A DNA stretch of 63,015 nt, filler included, from Octopus bimaculoides (GCF_001194135.2; 6 parts of 5 records of this genome joined end to end with filler, not necessarily neighbours in it), one strand, 5' to 3'. Shown: positions 28,720 to 42,636, counted from the whole stretch's first letter. Notes: a model not told the origin generated them from the letters alone. Numbers and translations: made by a program.

Positions 28720-29115
28720 GCCGCTGGCAGTGGTAGTTACACCATTATCATCATCAACAGCAGAAGCACCAATAACGAAAGCAACAAGCACTATGCTTAT
28801 TGTTCCAGCATCATCACCATCATCATTAGTATACTCATCATCATCCTCATCACTGTTCCTATCATCGTCAGTATTGTTGTCTTTGTTGACATCATAGCGG
28901 TAATCATTGAGCTTGTCATCATCATTATCATCGTCATTACATCATCATCATCATCATCATCACCATCGTTATTGTCATCATCATCCTTTTTGTTGTCATC
29001 ACCGTTGTCATTGTCGTCATTGCCTTTGTTATCCACATCATCAACACCATTATTGCTGTTATCATCATCATCATCGTCCGCAACAGCAGCATTAGCAATG
29101 TAATCCTTATCATCA
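28720..29115. repeat. Degenerate (CAT)/(GTT)/(ATT) trinucleotide low-complexity tract
   Basis: Direct reading. Source of the spurious poly-D/poly-H ORFs. Confidence 0.85.
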
Positions 29116-29253
29116 TTATCTTGATTAATCTTATCTGTTTTCTTTTCTCACCTNNNNNNNNNNNNNNNNNNNNNNNNNNNNNNNNNNNNNNNNNNNNTTA
29201 ATTAATTAANNNNNNNNNNNNNNNNNNNNNNNNNNNNNNNNNNNNNNNNNNNN

Positions 29254-29313
<60 letters not shown>

Positions 29314-29853
29314 ACACTCTACTACATTAAAAAGAAAAAAAACAACAGCGTTCGCGGTGTTGCACATTCAATAATGCAGTTCTGTATGTACTATTCTTGA
29401 ACGTATCACGTTTGTTGCCACGGTTGGAAATCCTATGATCATAGTTCATCTGAATCCGAGCTGACTGACTGACCTAAGGGTATAACAACAAAAATGTGCA
29501 TTCAGTTAATAGTATTTTTCACTTCATCTCTTTTTACATCCTCTCTCTCTCTCAACGATGACAGTTTTATATCTAAAACCATCGACCAGTGTCAAACACA
29601 ATAACTGTAAAACATAGGAGGCCAAACTTTTTATCGAATCTTATCATTATTTGTGATGTTTTCTCTCAGGTGTATCTAATTAAGTGATTGCAACTAATTA
29701 CATTAATTAACAAGAATGTATTACCAGCGTTAAAAAAAAATAAAGTTAATTGGTAGCCAAAGATAAAAACAAGTTTTTCTATTTCGTTTAAATAAATATA
29801 TATTTATTTTTTAGAAAATGCTTTTATTACTCCCACTGCTGACGGTGCTACTA

Positions 29854-29885
<32 letters not shown>

Positions 29886-30779
29886 GATGATGTCCTCGCT
29901 TAATTATTTCATTAATTCACATTTCAATAAAACTGTGGAACTGGCTATTTTTTATTAGCCTGATAAAGAAGGGACAAGCTCACAACCATGTTGCGGCCTT
30001 CTTAAATTTGAAGTAATAGTCAATTAAGTCCGCATACCTTGAAGTTCACTAAACTATTGCAACTATTGCTAATATTATGCAAGCGACTTCTAACAATGAG
30101 CTCCTTTTTTTTTTTGCACCTGACTCTATCAAAACACTGAAAGTGCAACGTCCATAACATTCCATTGCATGTTTACTTTTTATCCTCCATGGTTACACGA
30201 GCGAAAATAGAGAGAAACTATATGCAAGCCCTATTTTGGCGTAGTATGCCTAATCTGGTCGTTTCGTTTATTACTATTAACTGACCACATTAAGTATAAC
30301 TTTAGCAGACTCTACTCTGTTGATCATGAATGGTGGACATAACCCGTTGTCAAGTTTAACACTACCATTTAACCACACTGAATGTGGCCTTAATGGAATC
30401 CACCCTGTTGCTGTCATCCAGTTTAACACCACTACTTAACCTTTAGGTGTGACTTCAGCGGAGGCCACACTGTTGAAGTAAGGTCCCTGGTCTAATGATA
30501 GATGATTTGCACTACAGTAGCTGCCCAAGATTCAAAATATCTTCGTTCTTTGCTCTTACCATTTGCGCTGAAGGCTGTATAATCGTCATTTGACTGAGAC
30601 ATTAAAAAATATATCTGGCAAAACAAAATTTGTTTTAAATAACGTGTTGACATCTCTGTGCAAAACAAAAGAAAATAAGTCTTTTCAAGGCCCTAGAAAG
30701 TTTAAGCGTACTTTCACTAACTCGGAATATATTTCTGTGTCCATATGGCTCTGAAAGAGAACATTAAATCATTTCTCAT

Positions 30780-31430
30780 TCTTCTCGTTACTACTCTGTC
30801 ACTCCCAACTGACTATCTTCAACCTTATTTCAATATCCCTATACTTAGTAATTATCTATATACCTTCAGCAAAGCCGAACTTAATTTAACGTGATACATA
30901 AATCATCTCTCTAGACTATGAAAATGAAGACTATTGTAAGTGATATTAGGAAAGCCTTTGGCGCTGTTATGAAAACATTTTGACTAAATTAGCTTTCTTC
31001 AGATTACACCCATGACTTAATCATTTTGATCCGAAGTTTTTCCATGTCTTCAAATACCATCCCATCATATGCCATCCAATCTGCGAATACTCTTCTCTGT
31101 CATTTCTGTTCAGCCCATAGGATTTGAAATCCCGTCTATTTCTTTCGCCTGTTCATAAATCACCACGAACTCCCTTCACTCTGATGCAAATTTTAAAGTT
31201 CATCCTACTTCATTATAACTTTTGTCAATACTTTTGTCGAGGAAGCTACAGAACATCTTTCTCATCGATTAATGAAGACCTTAATAGTTTTATGTAATAG
31301 GAACAGACAAAGCAGCGACATCGAGCGACAGTTCTTACTGTTTAACCGCAAGTCAACACTCAAGGAAAATTATGCTTGAAGGACTTCCAACAATAACTAT
31401 CTCGCCTCTTTCATTCAGTCATAGGGCATA
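30780..31430 (+). mobile_element. Old CR1/L2-like LINE RT remnant
   Basis: Broken translation DIRKAFGAV, TKLAFFRLHHDLIILIRSF and SVISVQP..., resembling the D.KAFD.V / KL..G / GVPQGS motifs. Confidence 0.5.
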
Positions 31431-32830
31431 CAAAACCACATAACTCATTGTATTTCTCTTTTATATATATATTTTTAGATATACAATAAGGTGTGGGCTG
31501 AGAAGATTAGTTGCTATTTCTAACATATCTATTGACTATGTTGAATTCACCAAATTGTTGCTTCTTATATCCAATTATTCTTGATAGAGCCATTCTACGT
31601 TCCACGGATGTTTCAAACATGGCAGTTTATCTTTTCTATTTAAGCATATTGCATCCATATTCATAGTGTATGGCGTTTTGGAAGATATTGCTGTTACTTT
31701 TCGCAGATCGGGCGACCACAGATTTAACCTCATTGACTTCAGTTTTTAAGTACCGTTATTTAAAGTCAAATTTCCAGCATAAAAGATCATCATCACTTCC
31801 TATTCTGGATCACACACCATGTTATTATAATTCTTCTTTCTCAAAAATCCAATATTCTTAAGATTGTTACAGAGCTGAATTTTCTCCCCTGCACCAAGAA
31901 ATTCATACAAAAGTAATTTTTTTTATCTTATACGTAATAAGAACAACAGAAATTACAACAATATCAGCAGTAACAATCTATGAACAAAGAAATAAAGTTT
32001 TTTACGATCAACTGTCCTCCTATATATAGTAGCCAACTCTCCTTTAAATCACGATATACAAAACAAAAAAAAAGACGAAAAGAAACGAAATGTTCAGCTT
32101 CTTCCTTTGATCATGTGTCTGCGTAATCACGACTACTTAGGGTTAAATAATAACAACAAAATAACAATGTATTGCATAAATGATCGTACGAATCTAATAT
32201 TACAACACGCTCAGGAGTTTTATTAAGAGAATAGTTTGCCTAAAACAAATACAAACCAAAGGGCGAAGTCTCCCAGAAGTCACACAACTTGCTAGAAATA
32301 ACAACTGAATTACCTGCTTCCACGTGCTTCACAATTCTCTCAATTAGCAGCCTTGAATGAAGGTAGCAGCCAATTTTAATTCAACCATCTATAAGATTCT
32401 ACACCGGTGCCCCAGCATGGCGACAGCTCATGAGCTGAAACTAGATAAAATGAAAAAAAAAAATGAAACACAAACACACACACACCACCACCACTACCAC
32501 CTCCATCGCCATCAGGCAAGGGCATGGCTATATAAATCTAGGTTCGATCCCACTGCGCAGTACTAAGATAATGATTTTGAAAAGCTGATGTTACGATTTG
32601 TCACAACTTTTTACACTAATTTAAAAGTCTGTCATTCCGTCTTTACTTTAGATCAATAAGTTCGAAGGATTGTTTTTTTCATTATAACACGGAAATATAT
32701 AATTCCATCATTTTCAAAACCTATCGTTGTCATTACATTTTTCTTTTAATATATAAAAGACAAGCATTTAAACTTTTCTTCAGCAAGTTCGTTATTTCTC
32801 TTTCATTTAATAAACTCCACTTAGCTTTAA

Positions 32831-32871
<41 letters not shown>

Positions 32872-32881
32872 NNNNNNNNNN

Positions 32882-32920
<39 letters not shown>

Positions 32921-32970
32921 CGTATATGTGTATATATAAATATATGCATCAATATGTATGTACATGTATA

Positions 32971-33024
<54 letters not shown>

Positions 33025-33056
33025 CATATATATATATAGAGAGAAAGAGATTGATT

Positions 33057-33109
<53 letters not shown>

Positions 33110-34025
33110 ATAAATGATAGATAGATAAAGCGTACGTATGTGTGTGCATGTGTGTGTGTATACATATGTACTACTACACATACGTCGGTTTTCGATGCCG
33201 TCACGAATTTCTGTTTAATATCTATCTACATCTACCGCTTATCATTTTCTTTTTATCAGTTCCCATATATGTCCTTGCCAATAAACTCGTATTAAATATT
33301 TACTGATGTAATTACTTATCACTGTATACTTCATAATCTTACACTAACGATGTCTTACAATTTTCTTTACGAATTATTGTTTTCATGCTGTTCTGTTTTT
33401 TTTTTGTTTTTGTTTTTTGTAACTCCAATATTTTCCATATATGTATATATNNNNNNNNNNNNNNNNNNNNNNNNNNNNNNNNNNNNNNNNNNNNNNNNNN
33501 NNNNNNNNNNNNNNNNNNNNNNNNNNNNNNNNNNNNNNNNNATATATATATATATAATTACAATTTTATATTAACTTACTTTCTCGTTACCAATTATTTA
33601 CCTTCGACACTCTTAATCTTCTTTTGTACATTTCTCTTGTATGTCCGTATCAATATATCGTTCAAAATATATGCAGATATAATTACTTTTAACTATATCG
33701 TTTTACAGTTCTAAATTTGTCGAAATATCTTGATAAATTATTGTTCAAATTTAAGGATTTTTACTTTCAACTTTCGTTTGTCACTGTGAATAGGAAGTGA
33801 CTTTCTTTTAAATCTAGATGCGTTAAAAAAATGACAAAGAACGCAATGTCATTAGTACAATATCAATCAATTAGAGACACGAAATGCATCAGCCATAGCT
33901 AAGAACTCCAGAACTAAGAAAACCACAGAGGAATACCTGACCTTTTGCTAGCAGGTAAAAGGCAGTTATAAGATTCATAACATTACATTTTAAAACTTAT
34001 TTCCATATCATATTTTTAATTATAT

Positions 34026-34238
34026 TCTTTTCTACCCTAAGCACAAGGCCCGACATCTTTGGGAGGGGGCCAGTCGATTAGATCGACTCCAGTACGCAAC
34101 TGGTACTTAATGTATCCACCCCCGAAAGGATGAAAGGCAAAGTCGCCCTCAGCGGAATCTGAACTTAGAACATAAAGACAGACGAAATACCGCTAAGCAT
34201 TTCGCCCGACGTGCTAACGTTTCTGCCAGCTCGCCGCC
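34026..34238 (-). mobile_element. SINE family A, well-preserved copy
   Basis: Same head and body as 15376-15604. Confidence 0.9.
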
Positions 34239-34719
34239 TTAAATTTTTAATTATATTTTGTAGGCGCAGGCGTGGCTGTGTAGTAAGAAGTTTGCATCGA
34301 TCAGTCTGCGTTTATAGTAAAAAAGACTCTTGTCCAAGGTGCTGCCCAGTGGGACTGAACCCGAAATCACAGTGTTGCAAAGCGAGCTTCTTAACCATGC
34401 AGTTATGTTTGTACCTATATAGAGCCATGTCTACTCTAACTAAATCTTTTTATGTACCTGAATGTGCAGGTATGCCTGTGTGGTTGGCAAGTTTGCTACA
34501 GAACCACGTGATGGTATTTATACACATACCTATATTTGCGTGTGTTATTTTCTATTGGATATTACCTCTGGCAGAGCCCATATACAAATTATTGCAACAG
34601 GTAAGGGAAAGAGGTAAAAGTCTGTATGAAGAGAGAAAAGATAGATGAGAGAGATAGAATACGACCAGTCCTTATATATATATAACGGAATAATTACTAT
34701 GAAGCATTGTGTAGAATAT

Positions 34720-34992
34720 ATTGTATAAAGGATCGTGGGTAAGACCAAAACAATGCGAAGTAAGGTATATCACAAGAAAACAAATATATGAATTAATGTA
34801 GACTTACCTTGTATTCAATATTTTGGGGTTATGCACATCGGCAACATTCGTTTATTTTTTTTAAAATGGGGTCATAACCCCGAAATATTGAATACAAGGT
34901 AAGTCTATATTAATTCATATATTTGTTTCCTTGTGATTTACCTTGCAATTACTTCACATTGTTTAGGCCTTACCCACGATCTTTTATACAAT
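34720..34992. repeat. 273-bp fold-back (114/120-bp arms, 39-nt spacer)
   Basis: attgtataaaggatcgtgggtaag...tattttggggttatg pairs with cataaccccgaaatattg...cttacccacgatcttttatacaat. Confidence 0.9.
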
Positions 34993-36760
34993 GTGTGTGT
35001 GTGTGTATGTGTGTGTGTGTGTATGTGTGTGTGTGCGTGCGTGTGTGTGCGCGCGCGTGTGTGTGTGTGCATATGTATGTATGCACGGATATAAAATCAT
35101 GACTTCACAAACACAAATATATATGTAATATGAATGTGTCATGTGCTTGTGTCCGTGTGTGTAGAAGTATTATTTATATCCGTTGTGATAAACGTTATGC
35201 GTTTGTTTGACATTTCTTATTCCAACATTAAGTGACCATATTTGTTAATCACAATAAGCGGAGACTTTTGTGTGATTTAATATTTTAATTGAACTGTAAT
35301 TATAAATCTATATCAGAGTTGATGAATTGTCTTAGCATCTGTATTGCTTGCATTGCGATTGAATAAATAAAACGTTTTATAAAGAATATTTTACTTAACA
35401 TTGTATAATGCCATGATTTTAAAAAGCAACAGAGTATAACTATAAATTTCATTGTGGCGTTAAACCCAAGTTATATTTATCATACATTTGTTGTAAATTT
35501 AAGTGCCTAGTCTCATAGAGCGATGCTTTATCTTTCACAAGAGTTGAATAAAAAAAAAAAAAGATTAAACTAGAAGAAACATCTCCATTCGCCGCCATTT
35601 TTATGAGTGCTCAATAAAATATCACGTTGGTATCACACTGATATGTTGAATGTTCCCTGAAAACTATCGACCTAAATTATTATTTCCACGCAGCAGGCTT
35701 TACTAGAAACCTCTACTAATGTTAAATCTTCAGGAAAGGGAGGAGAGCAAGTGACATTTAAACTCTTAACAACAAATAGATTAATGCTCAACTATCATCA
35801 TCCTCCTCCTCCTCATCATCATCATCAGTCATTACTATCGTTGTTGTTTTTGTTTTTGTTTGTTGTTACTACAACCTCATAATCTTGTTGTATTTTAAAG
35901 TGTTACGTGGTTTTCTGTTTTCCATGCATTAATCTTATTTTATTTATGTGATTCTTCCTAAATGTAACCAATAGCAATATTGATCGAGCCTTTCAATTTC
36001 GAGTACTTGAAAATCAAACCAAGAATAGCTTAAAATCTTTGCTCTGTTCAAAATCACTAAATAAAAGTCGTGAAGCCAACATAATGTATTCCTCTGTCTA
36101 ATTTCCTGTGCAAACCGGATGTTGTTATTGAGAATTATAATTCACCGAGGCTGTTCAACATTTACACGAACTTTCTCCTCCGTTTCACTGAACAAGAAAT
36201 CCGACTACAATTTCCTAATGCTGTGATCTTAAGTGATGGTACTAGCTTATGACACAACCTTTTCCCTCTGACATTCCAATCTTAAATTCTACATCTCTGT
36301 CTAGGAGGAAAAATTAACCTTTCAGATTTTATTGTACAATTACAGACACTTCGATGTATTAAGAAACTCGTTTGCTGAGACTATCTAGATCGAAGGAACT
36401 TACCTCCCTACAGTGTTTTGGCTAAACATGTTCTCAACATTTTTCAGAAACGAATCCGATTGATATAAAGAATGACTCCATCCACACCTGCCTTTTAATA
36501 TATATATATACATCTCAGTCTTTCTCAATGTTCTTTATTCTTTTCAATAATACTTGACATATATGGCTTAATTTAAATATGGACATGGAGAGTTTGATGC
36601 AGAGGAAGGAATTTTCCTCTCTGTACAGTTTAGTTTCGTGGACAATAAGGTTTGCTAAATCAATTTCTATGAAATTTTCCGCTTTTTCGTAAATTATCTG
36701 CGTGCACACACGCACGCACACACATACACACACTCGCGCACACACACATGCATGCAGGCA

Positions 36761-36817
<57 letters not shown>

Positions 36818-37202
36818 NNNNNNNNNNNNNNNNNNNNNNNNNNNNNNNNNNNNNNNNNNNNNNNNNNNNNNNNNNNNNNNNNNNNNNNNNNNNNNNNNNN
36901 NNNNNNNNNNNNNNNNNNNNNNNNNNNNNNNNNNNNNNNNNNNNNNNNNNNNNNNNNNNNNNNNNNNNNNNNNNNNNNNNNNNNNNNNNNNNNNNNNNNN
37001 NNNNNNNNNNNNNNNNNNNNNNNNNNNNNNNNNNNNNNNNNNNNNNNNNNNNNNNNNNNNNNNNNNNNNNNNNNNNNNNNNNNNNNNNNNNNNNNNNNNN
37101 NNNNNNNNNNNNNNNNNNNNNNNNNNNNNNNNNNNNNNNNNNNNNNNNNNNNNNNNNNNNNNNNNNNNNNNNNNNNNNNNNNNNNNNNNNNNNNNNNNNN
37201 NN

Positions 37203-37480
37203 CTGAAAGAAGCCCGTCGTATATATGTATATATGTGTATATATATGTGTGTGTGTATGTGTTAGTGTGTCTGTGTTTGTCCCCCCCCCAACATCGCTTG
37301 ATAACTGATGCTGGTGTGTTTACGTCCCCGTAACTTAGCAGTTCGGCAAAAGAGCCCGATAGAATAAGTACTAGGCTTCCAAAGAATAAGTCCTGGGGTC
37401 GATTTGCTCGACTAAAAGGCGGTGCTCCAGCATGGCCACAGTCAAAAGACTGAAACAAGTAAAAGAGTAAAAGAGTAACA
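37203..37480 (+). mobile_element. SINE family B, 3' half
   Basis: ctgaaagaagcccgtcg...ttacgtccccgtaacttagcagttcggc...ggtgctccagcatggccacagtc...aagtaaaagag. Confidence 0.9.
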
Positions 37481-37863
37481 GAGAGAGCTAAGGACGTTAT
37501 ATTTCTCTCTTTCTCTCTACCTCTTCAACAAGCATTTTTAACCATGTAATTGTTCGTCATTCATGTCTTTAACATTTCTCTTTTTTCTCTTCACCCCTAG
37601 CTTCCACTAACCACATATTGGTTACAGCATAGTGCATCACCTGGTAATCTGCTTCCTCACTCACTCTCATATTACCTTTTCGTTTCTCTCTCTCACTCCA
37701 CAGCCTCCTCCTCTCTAACAAACTATAGTATTATTCTTCTAGGAACAGGTAGAAAAATATTATAGATTTAGTTCAAGAAAAAAAAAACTTTTCCTATCTA
37801 TACCACCACCACTACCATCACCGCCGCCGCCGGTGTAACAGTATAACAGGTGAAAGAACAACC

Positions 37864-38439
37864 AGTTACTCGTCAGAGAAATGCTGTTCGCAGACGAGGC
37901 AGCACTGACAGTGCACTTTGAAGAGCAAATGCAGCACCTCGTGGACAAAGGCCTGTTGGGAATTCAGTCTGGCTATCAGTTTGAATAAGACCCAAGTAAC
38001 GGGCCAAAGTGTCAAACACACTCCCGCCCACCATCACCATCAACAACTACAAGCTAGAGGTAGTCCATCAATTCATCTTCCTCGGCTCTACCATCGCTTA
38101 TGACCGCTTCCTGGATCCTGAAATCAACAAGCGAATAAGACAAGCATTCTCCAAATTTGTCAGGTTCACAAAGAGATTCTGGGAAAACAGAAAACTAAGA
38201 TTGCTGTCTGTAAAGCGTGCGTCCTCAGTACGCTATTTTACGGCAGTGAGACATGGAGCCTCTACTCCAGATAGGAGCGGCGTCTCAACGTCTTTCACCT
38301 TCGTAATTTGAGACACATTTTCGATATAAAGTGGACCGGACATATCACCAAAACTAAAGTCCTCAACCGGGCCAAGATATCCAGCATACACGCCCTGCTC
38401 CAGCAGCACCGTTTGCGCTAGCTCGGTCATGTACGTCAG
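37864..38439 (+). mobile_element. RTE-clade LINE RT fragment
   Basis: EMLFADEAAL, ISLNKTQV, PPTITINNYKLEVVHQFIFLGSTI, EINKRI and IKWTGHITKTKVLNRAKISSIHALLQQHRL. Confidence 0.85.
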
Positions 38440-40499
38440 CAAATTGGGTCTATGTCTTTCTCATAAACTTTCCGAGTCTAATCGCGCGCAGAGAGTGAAT
38501 GTGTCCACTTCTTTGCTGTTACGTCTCTGTTATGTATAGAAAGAAATGCAATCCAGTAAATCCGAAGCATTCTACACAAACTGAAATGCAGGAAATTTAT
38601 AATATACGTATATCATAACATAAAACAAAGAAAAGAATGAAGATATTGATATCACATTTATTATCTGATTACAATCGTAGGGGTAGGGGTGCTGAAACAA
38701 ATATACCCAATGCAGTAAATGAAACCCAACCGGTCACTTCATCGAGACTTTCGAACAGGCACATGGCGTCAGTAATTACTCAGAGTAGGCAGTTGGTGAT
38801 CTTTATGTAGTAAAACACACACACATAAAAAAATAAGCGAAATATAGGCGCGCAACTGAGTTGGAGGCAGATTTACTTCTAACTTTATAGCGCGTAAAGA
38901 AAACGTTGTTGTAGGAATGTACGCAGCACGTGTACTACAGAAGTGATATGCGTAGCTTTAATACTAACATTGAAAGACAGGGGCGAATTATGCCTTCCTA
39001 ATCTACAAAATAATAAAATATTTTGCATCTTATGTTTAGTATTTAAAATAACCTTCATAATTTTATTGAACTAGGTGCATATTTTGCCATAAAAGGAAAA
39101 TGTTACTGCTGATCTATTTTATTCAGGGTAGGCTCCACCTACCTTGCTTACCCAGGCGGTACGTCCCTACTTTCTGTCTATTAAATTTCCTTAGCTAATT
39201 GTCCTTGGCGTCACAATCGACTTTATCTAGTAACAAACGTGCCTTTGTGACTTTTTAATCCTTTTATTCCGAACCTTTTTTTTATTAGACATGCCAATAT
39301 TGCTATTTTCTCGCTACGACATTATGACCCTCTCCCATTGATTGTATTTATAACTGCGTTTATCCATATGGAAACGTAGTAGATCGTCCAAAAACCTAAA
39401 CAACGGGTTGGATTTCATCAAGTATGACATGAAGTTGTATAATCATTGTTCATATTTGTTCCAGCATGTAAATGATTTCTCTCCTCCACCTGTTATTGAA
39501 ACAATCGTAACCGGAGAATAAATGATGTGACACCAATATCTTCATACCTCTTTCGTTGTCAAAATATACAAATGAAACTCAGAGCAGCAAGACACTAATT
39601 CTACCAAAATAAAATACAATTAATCTCTATTAGAATTTTGAGTAGTCTTTCCTTCCACCAGTTAATACTAAACGTGTATATGGATGTATGTATGCATGTA
39701 TGTATGTATACATGTATACATATGGTGGATTTCAGTCGATGGACGAAGTGACGGATTCTTATACCATTTCTGGTTAACCCAGTTTCATGCAGAAGGTATA
39801 AATTTTTAGAAAATTATATTTGCCCAAAATGCCGGGTAATGGGATGGAACTTCGGTGCCCATGGCCATGCAGCAAATTTTTTAACATTCAGTATATTGCG
39901 CTCCATACATACACAGATACACGCACACACGCGCGTGCGCACGCACACACACATCTACATCTACATATATATACTTTGGGTATGGTAAATGAGTTCAGCA
40001 AAAAATTAGATTCAGATGAATACAGTACTTAAGTTGAGGCACCAGAATTTAGTACGATATTAACCATACAATTTCAAAGTAAGGTGATTAAAATCAAAAT
40101 AAGCAACAAGGATATCCAGAGGTAATGCAGTACGATCGTTTCATGCAACTCCATTTAATTGAACAATGCAATCATTACATCAATTTAAAATGCAGAGCAA
40201 TCCTCAGCTGCACAAAGACATAGAATTTAATTAAATTAGAACAGATGGACATATTAACACACACACACACATATATATATGCGAATAAAAATCCAAATTG
40301 AAAGAGCAGAACGGGTAAAATGCATGCTACATATGTTACATCGAGTACAATCATCTTCTCATTGCAGATTTGCAGATACATGTTTGCAACAGGTTTGACG
40401 GAAGCTGTATAACTGAACGCTCTATGACCATTTGGCTCCAATTATCTTTTACCAATGTAGCACATCAATAGTATCAGAAAGCAAACATCAGAGGCAAGT

Positions 40500-40958
40500 A
40501 CTGCAAGTTAGCTCTTTCGACACTAACAACTTGGTTTCAACAGCAGGATTCCCTTCCTAACGCTGACCACGTTAGAGTGTAGTGGGTGCTTTTTATGTGG
40601 CACCATTACCAGTGCACTTTTTACGTGGCACCATCACCGCTACTTTTTACATGGCACAATTACAAGTACTTTTTAAGTGGCACCATCACCAGTGCTTTTT
40701 ACGTGAAATCATCATCAGTGCTTTTTACGTGGCACCATCACCAGTGCTATTTACGTGGTGCCATTACCAGTGCTTTTTACGAGGCATAATCAGCAGTGCT
40801 TTTTACATAGCACCATCACCAGTTCTTTTTACGTGGTACCATTACCAATGCTTTCCACGTGACACCATCATCAGTGCCTTTCTTGAGGCACCAGCATCAG
40901 TGCTTATGAGGCACAATCAGCAGTGTTTTTTTTTACGTGGAACCATCACCAGTGCTTT
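40500..40958 (-). repeat. Dispersed repeat family C with an expanded ~14-copy 26-bp tandem array (40588-40958)
   Basis: Unit consensus ctttttacgtggcaccatcaccagtg, adjoining ttcccttcctaacgctgaccacgttagagtgtagtgggtgc. Confidence 0.85.
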
Positions 40959-41705
40959 GAAATAGAATAAACGCTACGACTAAAATACTTTTGAGTTTGA
41001 ATATTCAAGGAATACACCTGTTGACTCTATTATTTCAACAGTAAGTGAAACAAAGAATTTATCGATTTATCATATTTAATTTCCGGATGACCGAGTAGCA
41101 TGTGTGTCTATCGGACAAGAAGCCAGAAGGTTGGTAATTTATTATTCTGTCAGCCGAGCTTCACTTTGTCCATATCTAGGGGACTTATTTCTCAACAGAT
41201 TGTTGTTCTTGTTACTACTACTGCTGTTTCTGTTGCTTAGATGCAGGTCAATCTTGATGGAGCAGACTTGTGATCAAATTCACTCCAGTTTTAACTATTC
41301 TTTCTTTTTCATATCAGAGAGGCGCTATCTTGTCAAACATCAATCCTTTTTAAACGAATTTTTTTTTCTGGGGATATTTTGGCTGGTGTTTCTACCAGGC
41401 CAAGTGACCACATAGGAAAAGCTAGATGCACATATGTACATATATAGAAAAGATAGATGCACACATGTACCCCAAATCGGAATAGTCCACTGCTTATGTG
41501 GTTTTAGAGGCAAGTTTTCACTGCTATTTCCAGAGTGGTGGTATCTCTTAGATATCCTAAATTATAATTTTAATAATTATTACCTTTGATATATATATAT
41601 AACTACGTAGAATGACGTTGCAACCAAAGTTGGTACAGAACAATTGTAACGAATCATTAAAGATGTGTTAAACAATTTCTTTGTCTTATTATTAGGATTA
41701 TGTAC

Positions 41706-42558
41706 ATTGAGTCATCTCAAATAATGTGAGTTTTTTCAATTGCATGAACTAAAAGTCGGAGGAGGACGGCATAAACTACCTACATCAACTTGCTGCGCTA
41801 TAATGGAAGTGACAAAGGAGTATATTCGACATATTTTGCTTTATGAGTTCGATCAAGGCAACAACACAACAGAAAGTGCGAAGAATATTAATGCAGTATA
41901 TGAGGATCGGGCAATAAGCGTAAGCCAGTATCAACGGTAGTTCCAGATTTCCAAGCCGGAAACTACAGCCTAGAAGACGAGCCTCGTTCTGATATCTGTA
42001 GAGCTCAACGAGGACGTCCTGCAAACTCTGATGGAACAAAATTCCTACGCAACTGTTGAGGAACTAGCAGAGAAACTTGGATTTGGTCATTCAACCGTTC
42101 ATCGACACAAACGCAAGAAGAAAAAACGACCATCTTTGATTTTAACACGAAAGGTATTCTTCCATCAGGATAATCCTTGGCCACATACAGCGAGGATGAT
42201 ATTCCAAATGCTGGAGCAGTTTGATTTGGAAACGATGCCCCACCTACCATATTCGCCGGACATTGCCTCATCTGATTATCATTTATTCTGTAGACTTCAA
42301 AATCATTTTTTTTTTGCTGTAGTTTCAGCTCTGAGCCGGGGCCTACGGAAAAATTATGAATTCCATAGACGAGGTTAGAACAGGACTGGAGGAGTATTTT
42401 TCGTCACGGAATTTTGGAAGAGGGGCCTTACTAGATAGATGGAAGAACATTATAGAAAATGAAGGAGAGTATATTTTAGATTTAAAAAGAACTTTGTTTA
42501 TCTTGACTTTGAAATATAAAGTATTAAAAAAAAAACCTTTATTTATGGGATGACGCAA
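41706..42558 (+). mobile_element. Internally deleted mariner (DD34D) with both TIRs
   Basis: MEVTKEYIRHILLYEF, YSLEDEPRS and FHQDNPWPH...HLPYSPDIASSDYHLF (34 residues between Asp), ending RWKNIIENEGEYI. Left TIR ttgagtcatctcaaataat and right TIR atttatgggatgacgcaa. Confidence 0.9.
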
Positions 42559-42601
42559 CAACCTCGAGGATATCGTATTTCCCTTCTTTGGACTTTTCTT
42601 T

Positions 42602-42636
42602 GTTTCCGACGAAGAGCTCCGCTCGAAACGTCAAAT
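42602..42636 (+). ncRNA. Minimal type-I hammerhead ribozyme motif, PLE-type
   Basis: GUUU-CCGACGA-A-GAGC(UCC)GCUC-GAAA-C-GUC-AAAU. Predicted cleavage is after GUC at 42632. The upstream flank (ttggacttt) is homologous to that of the 5863-5897 motif. Confidence 0.75.

Noticed and set aside
29340-29477. Candidate minus-strand exon after ttatacccttAG (GQSVSSDSDEL* or a 48-codon frame)
   Set aside because: The frame is ambiguous and the product is not recognisable.
38979-39170. Possible MITE with CAGGGGCG / CGTCCCT ends
   Set aside because: The terminal match is too short and degenerate, and no TSD was identified.
40368-40471. Candidate exon with HVCNRFDGSC (EGF-like flavour)
   Set aside because: Only two Cys, no convincing donor before the stop, and no other EGF repeats.
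40588-40958. 26-bp array as CRISPR or as a coding repeat (ORF 40582-40965)
   Set aside because: No spacers. The unit length is not a multiple of three and the peptide has no recognisable motif.
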